Of a DNA stretch of 64,000 nucleotides, positions 1 to 10,222 are shown one piece after another. The notes under the pieces are model-generated. The model saw nothing but the letters and a program-made list of their open reading frames with translations. It searched no databases and was not told where the DNA came from. How positions within the stretch are numbered: position 1 is the stretch's first letter; every line of letters begins with the position of its first letter. Position numbers and translations under genes: made by a program. Origin of the DNA: Candidatus Zixiibacteriota bacterium (GTDB taxonomy: Bacteria; Zixibacteria; MSB-5A5; UBA10806; 4484-95); assembly GCA_037441845.1 (NCBI GenBank), contig JBBIRK010000001.1, forward strand, positions 465,284 to 529,283. Reading direction: 5' to 3'.

Positions 1-248
1 GCGGCAAGGTACTGGTGCTGCATGGCGCAAGCGATCCGCACGTGGGGCCCGATAAAGTGGCGGCTTTCGAAAAAGAAATGACCGATGCCAAGGTGGATTG
101 GCAGCTGATCGCCTATGGTGGCGCTGTCCATAGTTTCACCATACCTGATGCCGGCGATGATCCAGCCACCGGCTCCGCCTATGACGAAAAAGCCGATAGG
201 CGCTCATGGGAGGCCATGCTTCGCTTTTTCGATGAGATATTCAAATAA
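1..248 (+). CDS. Dienelactone hydrolase family protein (C-terminal fragment, 5' end outside window)
   Basis: VLVLHGASDPHV...YGGAVHSFT...YDEKADRRSWEAMLRFF is the typical DLH C-terminus with catalytic Asp and His. Confidence 0.85.
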   Translation, partial: GKVLVLHGASDPHVGPDKVAAFEKEMTDAKVDWQLIAYGGAVHSFTIPDAGDDPATGSAYDEKADRRSWEAMLRFFDEIFK

Positions 249-276
249 GCATCGGCCGATCGGCCCGCACGGATTT

Positions 277-2994
277 TTATCGATCGGTCCTGATCCGCAG
301 AGGTCCGGCCACCGGTGTCAAAGGGCAAGCCGTCAACACCGCCGTCCCCTTGAAATATGATACCAGGCGCGTGATATCCGAACCGCGGAAATCACAACTT
401 CCGTTGACATCGCCGCCGGCATAAAGCCAGTGATTATCTCCTAACGAATCGTGATAACACGAATCGGGTGGTTGATCGCCGATCCCCTTGAAGTATCGCA
501 CACCATAGGTGACATCGCCGCCGATCACCGAGCGGTCGCCGTTTATATCGCCCAACATGTAATCGCAGGGAAATCTCATAATGATCTGGACCGTGGTCGT
601 CTCGCCGGCGCTCACCGCGACTCCGCCGACTATCGTGTCGAGGTAGCTGATGTGATTCAAACTCAGCGAGTAATCCCCCGGAATCAACTGGTCGAAATAA
701 AACAGACCGCCGGCGTCGCTGGTATCGGTTCGGGAATATCCAATCAGCGTCGCTATGGCACCGGCGACATCGGCGCCTTGATCGTCGATAACGTGTCCGC
801 GTATCACCCCGAGCGAATCGCCGCCCCCGCCGGCCGTAATGACCGCCAACGTGGCGGTCGCCCCTACCGCGGCTTTCGTGAAATTGGTGAAATACGGCGC
901 CATGATATGCGACATGTTGTCGTTTACCGTATGATAATACGGATTGAAATCGCCGTAGTATTGTTCGATTCCGAGCATGGCCGCATAACCGTTATCCCAG
1001 AACGACGCGTGATCGGAGGCACCTAATGCCTGCGTTGTGAGCAGATTCGGGCTCAAATTCAAATTGTAATCGCTCACCACCGTCGCAAACAGATTCCCCA
1101 GGGCGATCGACGGGGAAGCGGTGCCGCAGTGCAATTCGCAGATCCCGTCGGAGTTGCCGTCCCACGCGATCATGTCGAAATTGAATACGCCGACTATATC
1201 GTCGCCTCTGACAGCGGCCTCTTCGGCATAAGCCGCCGACCCGAGAAGACCTTGCTCCTCGCCGGTCCAAAGACAAAACTTGATCGTTCTCTCGAATTGC
1301 AAGCCGGCCATCAATCGGGCCGCTTCCAAAACCCCGATAGTTCCCGATCCATTGTCATCGGCACCCGGCGCAAGCGTCTGCGGCGAACCGGACGTGCAAT
1401 CCATATGCCCGCATAATATGACCTGTTGATCCGGATAAACCGTCCCCGACTTGGTGGCGATAACGTTTTTCCAGGCCGATTGAATCGCACCTGTCTGGTC
1501 CTGCCAGGTTTGGCCGAAATCCGTGGTTCTGCAAATTATCCCCGCGCCCACAGCGAAACCGTTACCATCGGATTTAATCGCCACCCCATACAAATCTTTG
1601 ACTATATCGGCCGGCAACTGGGTCCAGCTCGCTCCGGCGTTGGTGGTGATGAATCTCTCTCCGTTCCAGCCCACTATACAACCATGCAGCGAATCGGCGA
1701 AACTTACCTGATATTTTTCCACCGTCGTGCCGAGATTCACGGTCAGCCAGTTGTTGCCGCCGTTGGTCGTGCGGCGGACCACGCCGTCCCAGCCGACCAC
1801 CCAACCCAGATTGCGGTTATAGAAATAGACACCGTAAAGACGCTGAGTGGTATTAGATACCTGTGAAGTCCAGTTGGTTCCGCCGTTGGTGGTGGCCAAG
1901 ATTACACCGTTTCTTCCGACAGCCCAGCCGTAAAGGGAGTCCACGAAATAGACGTCGTAAAGCCTGCTGGTGGTTCCGGATGTCTGGGCTGCCCACGACG
2001 TTCCGCCATTGGTGGTGCGGCGTATGGTGCCGTTGTCACCGACCACCCACCCACGCAGCGGATCGATAAAACAAGAGCCGAAAAGATAATTGGTCGTCCC
2101 CGAACTCTGCCCGACAAAGCTGTTCCCGCCGTTCGATGAAAATCGTATCGTTCCAGCATCGCCGGAAATCCAGATCGAATCGCTTCCGACATTGGAAACG
2201 CCCCAAAGATTGCTGGTTGAACCCGTTGATAACACCTCCCAATTAATCCCGCCGTCGGTAGTGCGCAAAGCTTCATTGTTTTCGGCCACCGCCCAGGCAC
2301 GCTGGCCGTTGAAAACCGCCACATTACGCAGACCTCCGCCGTAGAAACCGTGATATTCGGTGGGATAGCCGTAACTTTCGAGTAATAGCTTCAAGTAACG
2401 GGCAGCCAGTGCGTTGTCTTCGGTGCCCGAATAACGGGTGCGGATCGTGTCGTAATGCCCATCGATATATATAGCCGTTTGGCCGGACAACCGGCTTAAA
2501 TAATGAATCAGCGAATCCTGGCTTACCCGATCGACAAGGGAATCGATCCGCGCATCGTAGGTCAAAACCAGATCGTTTTCGAAAGGAGCGCGTACCCGCG
2601 GCGGCCGACGCATGGTCAAACGCCGGGAAAAAAACGCCCCCGGCAGCGGTTTCAAACTTAAAACATAGTTGACACCCCGATCGAAAATCGACTCGTCCGT
2701 ATGCGGCATGTGTTCGGGTTGAAAATAACAAAGATAAAGATAACCGGTCTCGAAAGGAAAATCCCTGGCGGCGAATTTTACGCCTTGATTTTCAAGCCAC
2801 TCGATCGCGTTCATATCGCCGGCAAGATAAATCTTGTCGGAGGTCCTGCCGAAATACTGTCCCGGGAAAAAGGCCAGTCGTTCGAAATCCAGGGTTGCCC
2901 CTGCATCGAGTGAAATCAAGTAATATTCCGCAGGAAATGCGGCGGCACAAGCGGCCAACACGAACGCTATCACCAAAAATAAACGGCCGGGCAT
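277..2994 (-). CDS. Secreted M28 family aminopeptidase with inserted YCF48/BNR-type beta-propeller, carboxypeptidase-regulatory-like domain and C-terminal dockerin-like domain
   Basis: AAGGAG RBS, then a signal peptide at ATG 2994; M28 motifs GHMD, GADDNGSG, GEEQGLLGS, NFDMI, SDH, YHT; about 7 TxxGGxxW repeats; twin GDxNG Ca-loop repeats at the C-terminus. Confidence 0.85.
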   Translation of the reverse strand: MPGRLFLVIAFVLAACAAAFPAEYYLISLDAGATLDFERLAFFPGQYFGRTSDKIYLAGDMNAIEWLENQGVKFAARDFPFETGYLYLCYFQPEHMPHTDESIFDRGVNYVLSLKPLPGAFFSRRLTMRRPPRVRAPFENDLVLTYDARIDSLVDRVSQDSLIHYLSRLSGQTAIYIDGHYDTIRTRYSGTEDNALAARYLKLLLESYGYPTEYHGFYGGGLRNVAVFNGQRAWAVAENNEALRTTDGGINWEVLSTGSTSNLWGVSNVGSDSIWISGDAGTIRFSSNGGNSFVGQSSGTTNYLFGSCFIDPLRGWVVGDNGTIRRTTNGGTSWAAQTSGTTSRLYDVYFVDSLYGWAVGRNGVILATTNGGTNWTSQVSNTTQRLYGVYFYNRNLGWVVGWDGVVRRTTNGGNNWLTVNLGTTVEKYQVSFADSLHGCIVGWNGERFITTNAGASWTQLPADIVKDLYGVAIKSDGNGFAVGAGIICRTTDFGQTWQDQTGAIQSAWKNVIATKSGTVYPDQQVILCGHMDCTSGSPQTLAPGADDNGSGTIGVLEAARLMAGLQFERTIKFCLWTGEEQGLLGSAAYAEEAAVRGDDIVGVFNFDMIAWDGNSDGICELHCGTASPSIALGNLFATVVSDYNLNLSPNLLTTQALGASDHASFWDNGYAAMLGIEQYYGDFNPYYHTVNDNMSHIMAPYFTNFTKAAVGATATLAVITAGGGGDSLGVIRGHVIDDQGADVAGAIATLIGYSRTDTSDAGGLFYFDQLIPGDYSLSLNHISYLDTIVGGVAVSAGETTTVQIIMRFPCDYMLGDINGDRSVIGGDVTYGVRYFKGIGDQPPDSCYHDSLGDNHWLYAGGDVNGSCDFRGSDITRLVSYFKGTAVLTACPLTPVAGPLRIRTDR

Positions 2995-3145
2995 CGAATC
3001 TCCTTTGTTGAAGTCTTCAGCACAAATTAAGCATATCCGGATAATTGTCAAGTTGCTTATATAAGTAATGCTTATGGAATCGATTGGATATCGCCGACGG
3101 CGGTATCAAGACAGATTCACAGGAAATCAGGCAACGGCCTGACGA

Positions 3146-3685
3146 TCAAAGCCCAAGCTCTTCCTTGGTGAAAATCGGGTCGAATTCATAGCCGAACCCG
3201 GCGAATTTTTCGGCGGCTCCCTGACGCCGATCGACCAGCGAAATTATTTTCACCACCTCGCAGCCGAGCGGACGGATCGCCTCCACCGCTTTGAGAGCGG
3301 AGGTGCCGGTCGTGGTGACATCTTCGATAATCGCCACCCGTGCGCCGTCTTTGAGCGGCCCTTCTATAAGACTGCGGGTGCCGTGCCCTTTCGGCTCCTT
3401 GCGCACGATAAAACCATCGAGAGCGATCCCTCTCAGATGAGCGAACGCGATGACCGCCCCGACTATGGGATCCGCCCCCAGCGTCAGGCCGCCGACAGCT
3501 TCGACCCGATGCCCCTCGATTTTGTCGAGAATTATCTGAGCCATCAACGCCAACCCCTCGGAATCGAGCGCCAGGTATTTGCCGTTGATATAATAATTCG
3601 ATTTCTGTCCGGAGGAGAGGATGAATTCGCCGAATTTCACCGCTTTGGCCATGAACAATTCTTTCAGTCGTTCTCTAACGTTCAT
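3146..3685 (-). CDS. pyrE: Orotate phosphoribosyltransferase
   Basis: GEFILSSGQKSNYY, VRKEPKGHG and the PRPP-binding motif IIEDVTTTGTS; the start overlaps the upstream stop (ATGA). Confidence 0.95.
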   Translation of the reverse strand: MNVRERLKELFMAKAVKFGEFILSSGQKSNYYINGKYLALDSEGLALMAQIILDKIEGHRVEAVGGLTLGADPIVGAVIAFAHLRGIALDGFIVRKEPKGHGTRSLIEGPLKDGARVAIIEDVTTTGTSALKAVEAIRPLGCEVVKIISLVDRRQGAAEKFAGFGYEFDPIFTKEELGL

Positions 3686-4005
3686 ATTTTCTCCGCGCAA
3701 TTTGCCGGGATCCAGCCTTTTTGACCCGACGTCGTTTCGCACCACAACCAACCCGAATTTTCCTCGTGGACAAACAAAATATCGGAACAGCGGACGGTCA
3801 ATTCGGAAGCATCGTAATCTGCCAAAGCGGTCGCTTTCGTTCCCTTACGGGCAATAACGGTTTCGGGGACCCATCCTTGTTTTTGCACCTCGTTTGTGCA
3901 CCAAACCCAACCCGGCCACTTGCTCTTTTTATTTTTCAGAATCAGAGGATCGCCTTTTTTAAGGCGGATCGGATCAGGATAAGCAGAACGATACGCCTTT
4001 TTCAC
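3682..4005 (-). CDS. Tandem bacterial SH3-like domain protein
   Basis: Two repeats, GWVWC...GWVP and GWLWC...GWIP, preceded by AY/DY..xL motifs; start codon uncertain (GTG 4005). Confidence 0.7.
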   Translation of the reverse strand: MKKAYRSAYPDPIRLKKGDPLILKNKKSKWPGWVWCTNEVQKQGWVPETVIARKGTKATALADYDASELTVRCSDILFVHEENSGWLWCETTSGQKGWIPANCAEKI

Positions 4006-4049
4006 TCTGATTTTGTATCTTGCTCCCTTAATGCCGTCTCCAAGTAATT

Positions 4050-6986
4050 CTATCTTAACAATACCATTTTCCGGCTGATACTGCTTTTGGCGTTCGACAG
4101 CCTTAAGAAATAGACGCCGCTGGCGGCCGCGCATCCGTCATGATCCCGGCCATCCCAATTTACGGTATAAAACCCCGCCGCCAGCGGGCCGCTCGCCAGT
4201 TCTTTCACTCTTCGGCCAAGTAGATCGAATATCTCAAGCTTTATATGTCCGGGCTCGAAAACGGAAAACGAAATGCTCGTGTTCGAGTTGAACGGATTAG
4301 GGTAGTTCGGGGCAAGATAGAATGTTTCCGGCAGCTTATCCGAATTTTCGGCGATGGCGGTGATCTCGTGATATTTGGCATAGGCGGCATCGGCGGCCTG
4401 CTGGAGCAGTGACAAGCTGGTCTGCCCCAAAACCGCAAATGCCACTTCGATCGAGTCCCCCGATGCCATATCGAAAACGCCGGTGGTCAGCATCAGCGAG
4501 GCATCTTCGGGAGAGGTTATCGCCGTATCGGAAAATCCGCTCGTCATATAGGTCCATTTGTCGGCAAGCGTAAATCGCGGCGGATAGACCTCGGTCGAGT
4601 TATGTAAAGCCTTGAAAGCGACCGCCCCCTCGAGATTAAGCACCATCACCCCCCGATAATTGCTCCCCGAATACTGGTAGCCGAGATTCCGGCTTCGATC
4701 GAAACCCACCCTATCGGTCGGTGAACCATAAGGGATATCCCAATCCTGGAACATCGCTACCCTGAGTCCTGCAATCGAATCCTGCCCGGTGTTGGTGATC
4801 CTGAGACGAGTAACGACAAACCTATCGTTCGGCGCTTGCGTCCACGAGAAGGTAGTCTGGTTCACCATGATATTAAGCGGCTGGTCGGCGAGCTGGTCAT
4901 TGAATACGGTTTGAAACTCCTCGGCCGAAATCGGACCGGGTTCCAGCATTTGAATCGAGCTCAAAGGAAGAAAATCGCTGCCGGTCCCCTGATTTTCGTC
5001 TCGGGCTGCATTCGATACCGCCGTCGGGCCGTTTCCGATCAATAAAGCACCCTCGAAAAGATAGTTGGTTCCGGTCCGAGGTGTGCGGAACCCGCGCCCT
5101 TGCCAGTTCGGATTCATGCCATCGGGAGCCAGCCCGTATTGTCCGAAATTCGAAATGGTGTAATCGACATTGCCGGCATTGTGAGTTGCTATCGCCTGAC
5201 TCGCCGGCCGCCCGACCGTAATCCCAAAAGCGGCATCTGCGGAATAGTTGCCAGCCTGAATATGAAGGTTAAACATAATCCGCCGGCCCGCAGGAGCGGA
5301 AACGGCTATGACGGCGCCGTAAGGCTGCGCATAATTGTTGGCTCGTCCGTTCGACTGAATATCGCCGAAAAACGCCGAATCTTGCTGGATACTAACGAAC
5401 GGGTCATTGGAGGAAAGCAGGCCGATTACGTTATGAGCGGCCGCCCCGGTATTCTGCAAGGTTAAAACTATGCCGATCGTGTCTCCGGGATCGGCGTAAT
5501 TGTCGTGCGGTTCTATCACCAATACGCTGTCTATCCTGATATACGGCAGGTCGTTGGCCGGCACGAGGTCTAAAGCGGCCCGCACGTTGATTATCCCTTT
5601 GCCGTAATTGTTATCCTCGCCGACAGAACCGAGGTCCCTCGCCGATTGCCATAACGCCCATTTCAGCGTGTCCACCGAGGCGTTGGGATTATATTGCCGC
5701 AGCAGAGCGATCGCCCCGGCCACGTGAGGACATGCCATCGAGGTGCCGCTCCATCCCGATTGCTGATAGCCGCCGCCCGGCACCGACGATCTTACATCAA
5801 CCCCCGGAGCCACCACCTCGGGTTTGATCGTTGAATGGTCGCACTGCGACGGCCCGCGTGCCGAGAAATCGGCAATCGGAAGCGTGCCGCTGTTGCCGTT
5901 GACCGCGCCGACGGAAAATGTATTGAACGGCGTGGTTATCCGGCTGGCCGGAGCCCAAACCGATTCAACATAAGGATCGCCGGTCAATCTGTTGCCGGCG
6001 GCGAATATCACCGCCACTTCCGCCGCCTCACAGTTGTCGATCATCGCCCACACCGTTTGCGGACAGGTGAAATCGTGATATCCCCAGGAATTCGAGATCA
6101 CGTCGGGCACGTCGTCGATCGTCAACGGATCGCCGTCGGGATCGGCAAGCCATTGAAAAGCAAGGATCACATTGCCGCCGGTCACTATGGCTCTTGCGGC
6201 TATCCACTGAGCGCCGAATGCCACCCCGATAGTATCGCCCGTGCTCGCACCGAGACCGGTCATGGTCCCCATGGTATGCGTTCCATGACCGTCGGAATCA
6301 TAGGGAGACGGATTCCCCGGATTTGCCGTGTCCAGCCAGCATTCGTCGGCGGGCTGACCGTTATTGCCGCGCCAGCGCGACGCCAAAGCCGGATGGGTTC
6401 CATCGACGCCGGTATCGATATTAGCCACCAGACGACCGGCGCCGGTGTAACCGAGCGCCCAAACCTGATGGGCATTTATCACCTGAAGCCCGGTTTCGAC
6501 ACGCGCGGCTGCCGGCGGCTCGGGCTCTGCGCCGATCGGACCGATCGGTTTTATAAGCGTCGGCTCTTCCCAAAGATATATGCCCTCGACCGATTCATGT
6601 CGGGCGATATTATGAATCGCCGCAGCCGACAGATCGCCGGTAATCGCGTTCACGATCCACCAACCACGCACATCGGCCGCCATACCTTGACGCGTGAGCG
6701 TTTCCAAATCCGCCAACAACGGCGCCTGACTGCGAGAGGCGATTTCGCGAAGCGAATTTATTACATAGGCGTGCCGCTGCCTGACGGTTGAGTTGGACAT
6801 ATTCATTTGCATCTTGAAAGTCTCGGTATCGAATTGATCATTAAGCATAATCAAGCAGGTGATTTTATCTTCGTCCCCGGCTTTCGATAAAAAAGCGTCC
6901 AATTTCGAATCGATTACTCCCGCTATGGAATCAAGTGAAAACAGCACCATTAACGATAAAATCGCGGCACCCTTCGCAAAGCGCAT
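4050..6986 (-). CDS. Secreted S8 subtilase (bacillopeptidase F-like) with prodomain and FlgD/T9SS-like C-terminal domain
   Basis: Catalytic triad motifs IDTG, HGTH, GTSMACP; signal peptide after GGAGG RBS; C-terminal PNYPNPFN...IFDLLGR...WDG...SGVYF...KMVLLR. Confidence 0.9.
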   Translation of the reverse strand: MRFAKGAAILSLMVLFSLDSIAGVIDSKLDAFLSKAGDEDKITCLIMLNDQFDTETFKMQMNMSNSTVRQRHAYVINSLREIASRSQAPLLADLETLTRQGMAADVRGWWIVNAITGDLSAAAIHNIARHESVEGIYLWEEPTLIKPIGPIGAEPEPPAAARVETGLQVINAHQVWALGYTGAGRLVANIDTGVDGTHPALASRWRGNNGQPADECWLDTANPGNPSPYDSDGHGTHTMGTMTGLGASTGDTIGVAFGAQWIAARAIVTGGNVILAFQWLADPDGDPLTIDDVPDVISNSWGYHDFTCPQTVWAMIDNCEAAEVAVIFAAGNRLTGDPYVESVWAPASRITTPFNTFSVGAVNGNSGTLPIADFSARGPSQCDHSTIKPEVVAPGVDVRSSVPGGGYQQSGWSGTSMACPHVAGAIALLRQYNPNASVDTLKWALWQSARDLGSVGEDNNYGKGIINVRAALDLVPANDLPYIRIDSVLVIEPHDNYADPGDTIGIVLTLQNTGAAAHNVIGLLSSNDPFVSIQQDSAFFGDIQSNGRANNYAQPYGAVIAVSAPAGRRIMFNLHIQAGNYSADAAFGITVGRPASQAIATHNAGNVDYTISNFGQYGLAPDGMNPNWQGRGFRTPRTGTNYLFEGALLIGNGPTAVSNAARDENQGTGSDFLPLSSIQMLEPGPISAEEFQTVFNDQLADQPLNIMVNQTTFSWTQAPNDRFVVTRLRITNTGQDSIAGLRVAMFQDWDIPYGSPTDRVGFDRSRNLGYQYSGSNYRGVMVLNLEGAVAFKALHNSTEVYPPRFTLADKWTYMTSGFSDTAITSPEDASLMLTTGVFDMASGDSIEVAFAVLGQTSLSLLQQAADAAYAKYHEITAIAENSDKLPETFYLAPNYPNPFNSNTSISFSVFEPGHIKLEIFDLLGRRVKELASGPLAAGFYTVNWDGRDHDGCAAASGVYFLRLSNAKSSISRKMVLLR

Positions 6987-7265
6987 TTTACCTCCACGGT
7001 TGTCGTTTACATGTTTTTTATGAATATATGATATATCCAATATTCCACAATAGCTATTTATGTTCAAACGGTGAAACAGCGCAATCGATATCTATCTCGG
7101 CGGCCGATACAATTGCGGCGAAATGAATTGCCGGGGAAGTTGCTGCCTGAGAATGAAACCGGACGAATAAGCCGGGTTACACGCTGAAACTGCATTTCCG
7201 CCGAAGTTTCGCACTGAAACCGCTGCTTTTTCAGAAATCTGTATCAATGCCGAAAAGCCTGAACA

Positions 7266-9068
7266 ATGGAAATCAGAATCCCAAAGTTGATTTTGGCTGC
7301 AATCCTTGTGGCTACTGCAACCCATTGCACAACAGCTGGTTGGCTTGAGGAAATCAGAGTGAACACGGTAACCGACGGCAAACAGGCATCGCGAGGCAGC
7401 GACTGCCCATGGTCATTGGCCTGCGGTCCCGACGGCAGAGCACATGTGATCTGGGAGGATAGACGAACCGGTCGCGAGTTGCGAGTTTTCTACAGGGGCA
7501 AATCCCCCAGCCCGACCTGGGACCTTTGGGATTCGACCGACGTCAACATATCGCCGATCGACACCTCCGATATGCTCGGCCATCCATCGGTGGGCGCTCT
7601 CGATAACGGCTCCATAATCTCCGTCTATGTCGAGGAAAAGCCTTACAGGGGGGAACTATGCGGCACGATCTGGCCGGCCGGTTTCAGTTCATGGAATCAA
7701 CCGGAATTCGTCTCCATACCCGGCGGAAACCACCTTACTTTCACCTCGACCGGTTGGCAGACGACGATCGCCACCAACGGCCACCGGGCGATCACGTTCT
7801 GGCCTTATGTCGGCGATAGCCTCGAAAACCACCGGCCGATCTTTTATCGCAGATATGTTTCGTCGGCGTGGGAAACAACCGAACAGCCGCTCGCGCTGCC
7901 CGGACTCGGTTTGTTTTACGATGCAAAAAATCTTTCGGCCGTATGGGCTATTGCGGACACGATCTATCTCGTGTTCGCCGCGGTAACGGACGAGCAACCT
8001 ATTTACAATATCTATTTCGTGAAATTACATTTTCCCTCGGGCGAAATCAATCTGTTCGAACAGTTGACCGATGACAGCGTCAATTCGGCGCAATTCCCCT
8101 ACGTGGCCCGCTTCCCCTCGGAAAACGGCGACGATATTTATTTAAGTTACACTGAATACGGCCAGATTTTGAAGGCCAAACTCGCCATTAAACGACATGA
8201 CCTGCCGGAATGGATTACGGGCGTGGACATAGTCGGCGACGGCAATTCGAGCGCATTTCCATGCGTTGCTTATAACCCCCATTGCTGGATCGATCTGGCC
8301 TACGAAAAGCCCGGAAACGAACCTAACAGCCAGATTTTTCACCGCCGCTATTTTCCGGAAAACGAATCATTCGGCGAGGAAGAGCAGGTATCCGGAGGCG
8401 ATTATTTTTCGAAAAGACCGGTGATCGCCTGTGATATATACGGCAATGTTCATGTCACTTACATTTCCAATCGCGATCATCCCGAAATTTTCGGCGATGA
8501 AGAAGTTTACTACCGGATGTTCGATTCGCCGCCGTTGAAACCGACCGATGTATTCGTTGACGGCGACACCCTGCGCTGGAATTATCCCGATCTGCCGGAT
8601 CTACGGATATTCGTCATCTTTCAGATAACCGCCGCGGAAACCACCATGATAGGCAGCACCCGCAACCGATTCTTCAGGCACACGCTCGGCCCCGATGCCG
8701 TTTTCGGTGTGCGGGCGCTTGACCTCGAATATCAAGGGTCACCTTTGGCGGTCAGTCAATCGCCGAGCGTCATTGCGCATTCGCCGCAGCTGACCTATGA
8801 ATTCGAACTCGGCCCGAATTATCCCAATCCTTTCAATCGGTCCACCGTGATTCCGATAACCAACCCCTCGGCGCTCCCGGCGACTATCGAAATAATCGAT
8901 ATCTGCGGAAGACTTGTAAGGAGGCTCGAAATACACCCCGGACAAAATCAGGTATTTTGGGATGGCAAAAACAGTGCCGGTTTATCGGTCGTTTCCGGCC
9001 GCTATTTTTACCGCGGGGTTCAGGATGCGCTCACCAGCCGACCGCAGATGATGACTTTGGTGAAGTAG
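7266..9068 (+). CDS. Secreted beta-propeller-like protein with FlgD/T9SS-like C-terminal domain
   Basis: Signal peptide; repeated S..P.IA.D..G.VHV blades; C-terminal PNYPNPFN...WDGKN...SGRYFY. Confidence 0.7.
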   Translation: MEIRIPKLILAAILVATATHCTTAGWLEEIRVNTVTDGKQASRGSDCPWSLACGPDGRAHVIWEDRRTGRELRVFYRGKSPSPTWDLWDSTDVNISPIDTSDMLGHPSVGALDNGSIISVYVEEKPYRGELCGTIWPAGFSSWNQPEFVSIPGGNHLTFTSTGWQTTIATNGHRAITFWPYVGDSLENHRPIFYRRYVSSAWETTEQPLALPGLGLFYDAKNLSAVWAIADTIYLVFAAVTDEQPIYNIYFVKLHFPSGEINLFEQLTDDSVNSAQFPYVARFPSENGDDIYLSYTEYGQILKAKLAIKRHDLPEWITGVDIVGDGNSSAFPCVAYNPHCWIDLAYEKPGNEPNSQIFHRRYFPENESFGEEEQVSGGDYFSKRPVIACDIYGNVHVTYISNRDHPEIFGDEEVYYRMFDSPPLKPTDVFVDGDTLRWNYPDLPDLRIFVIFQITAAETTMIGSTRNRFFRHTLGPDAVFGVRALDLEYQGSPLAVSQSPSVIAHSPQLTYEFELGPNYPNPFNRSTVIPITNPSALPATIEIIDICGRLVRRLEIHPGQNQVFWDGKNSAGLSVVSGRYFYRGVQDALTSRPQMMTLVK

Positions 9069-9220
9069 GCCCACCGAGGCGAATTGCGCCCGCTCGGCCG
9101 ATTTCCTTTACTGCACGGTTTGACACGCTCAGCCCAGCCGACAAAATTCCTGCCCGCCCGACGAACGATCACCATGCGATTCGGATAAATTACCAGGTTT
9201 TGGAGTCGATTAAATAAGTG

Positions 9221-10222
9221 ATGGGCGAAGTTCAATATATCGAAATCGATCTCGAGTTGCTAAGGCTCGATACGATTCTCGGGTTCGATCTTTATCTGCC
9301 CGGCCCGGCCGGCTACGTCTTATACCGCTCGCGCAACGTGCCGTTCAACGAAAAGGTGCGCCAGAACCTGTTGGCGCATGGAGTCAAATCTCTCTTCATG
9401 AAATCGACCGACAGCCAGAAATACGCCTTATATATCGAAAACAATCTGAGCAATATAATCGCCGATCCGACGGTAAAAATCGAACAGAAGTGCCGTCTGC
9501 TTTACGATGCCAGCATCAATATCGCCAAAGAATTGCTCACCGATCCCGGGTCGCCTGCGGCTGTTAAACGTTCGGCGAGGGCGGTGGAAAACATGGTTGA
9601 CCTTTATTTGAGAGACGACGGCGGAATCAGAAAGCTATTCGAACTGATGCCCGATGATTATCGGCTTTATACCCATAGTACAAACGTGACCACATTCAGT
9701 ATCGCGCTCGGCCGGGCGCTGGGCGTTTCCAACAAGGATGATCTGTATCAATTGGCTTTGGGGGCGATGTTGCATGATATCGGCAAAAGCAGAGTACCCA
9801 AAGATATCCTGATGAAGCCCACCAGACTCACGCCGGAGGAATTCGAAATCATGAAGCTGCATGTCCTTCACGGCTGCCGCCTGGCCGAGGCCAATCCGGT
9901 AGTGCCGAAACAGGCTCTGGTGCCGATCCTCTGGCATCATGAGCGGCTCTCGGGAACCGGCTATCCGCGGGGACTCGGCGGTGAGGAGATCCCCCTGTTC
10001 GGAAGAATCACGGCCGTGGCCGACTCGTTCGACGCCATGACCTCGAACCGAGTCTATCAGGCGGCGTTGTCGCCGTTCAAGGCGATGGAACATCTGCTCG
10101 CCGAAATCAATCAATACGACCGCCGAGTCGTAATCGAGTTGATCAAACTGCTCGGCCCCGACTATTCCCGGAACGGCGTGCCGGAACCAGCCGCCGAAAA
10201 CGAATCGATCATTATAATCTGA
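9221..10222 (+). CDS. HD-GYP domain cyclic dinucleotide phosphodiesterase
   Basis: HDIGK, HHERLSGTGYP and AVADSFDAMTSNRVY motifs. Confidence 0.9.
   Translation: MGEVQYIEIDLELLRLDTILGFDLYLPGPAGYVLYRSRNVPFNEKVRQNLLAHGVKSLFMKSTDSQKYALYIENNLSNIIADPTVKIEQKCRLLYDASINIAKELLTDPGSPAAVKRSARAVENMVDLYLRDDGGIRKLFELMPDDYRLYTHSTNVTTFSIALGRALGVSNKDDLYQLALGAMLHDIGKSRVPKDILMKPTRLTPEEFEIMKLHVLHGCRLAEANPVVPKQALVPILWHHERLSGTGYPRGLGGEEIPLFGRITAVADSFDAMTSNRVYQAALSPFKAMEHLLAEINQYDRRVVIELIKLLGPDYSRNGVPEPAAENESIIII

Noticed and set aside
5835..6791. Long antisense ORFs here and at 34418-35452, 60249-61448 and 62888-63775
   Set aside because: They lie opposite well-supported genes (S8 protease, fprA, kinase, asnS) and have non-protein-like composition
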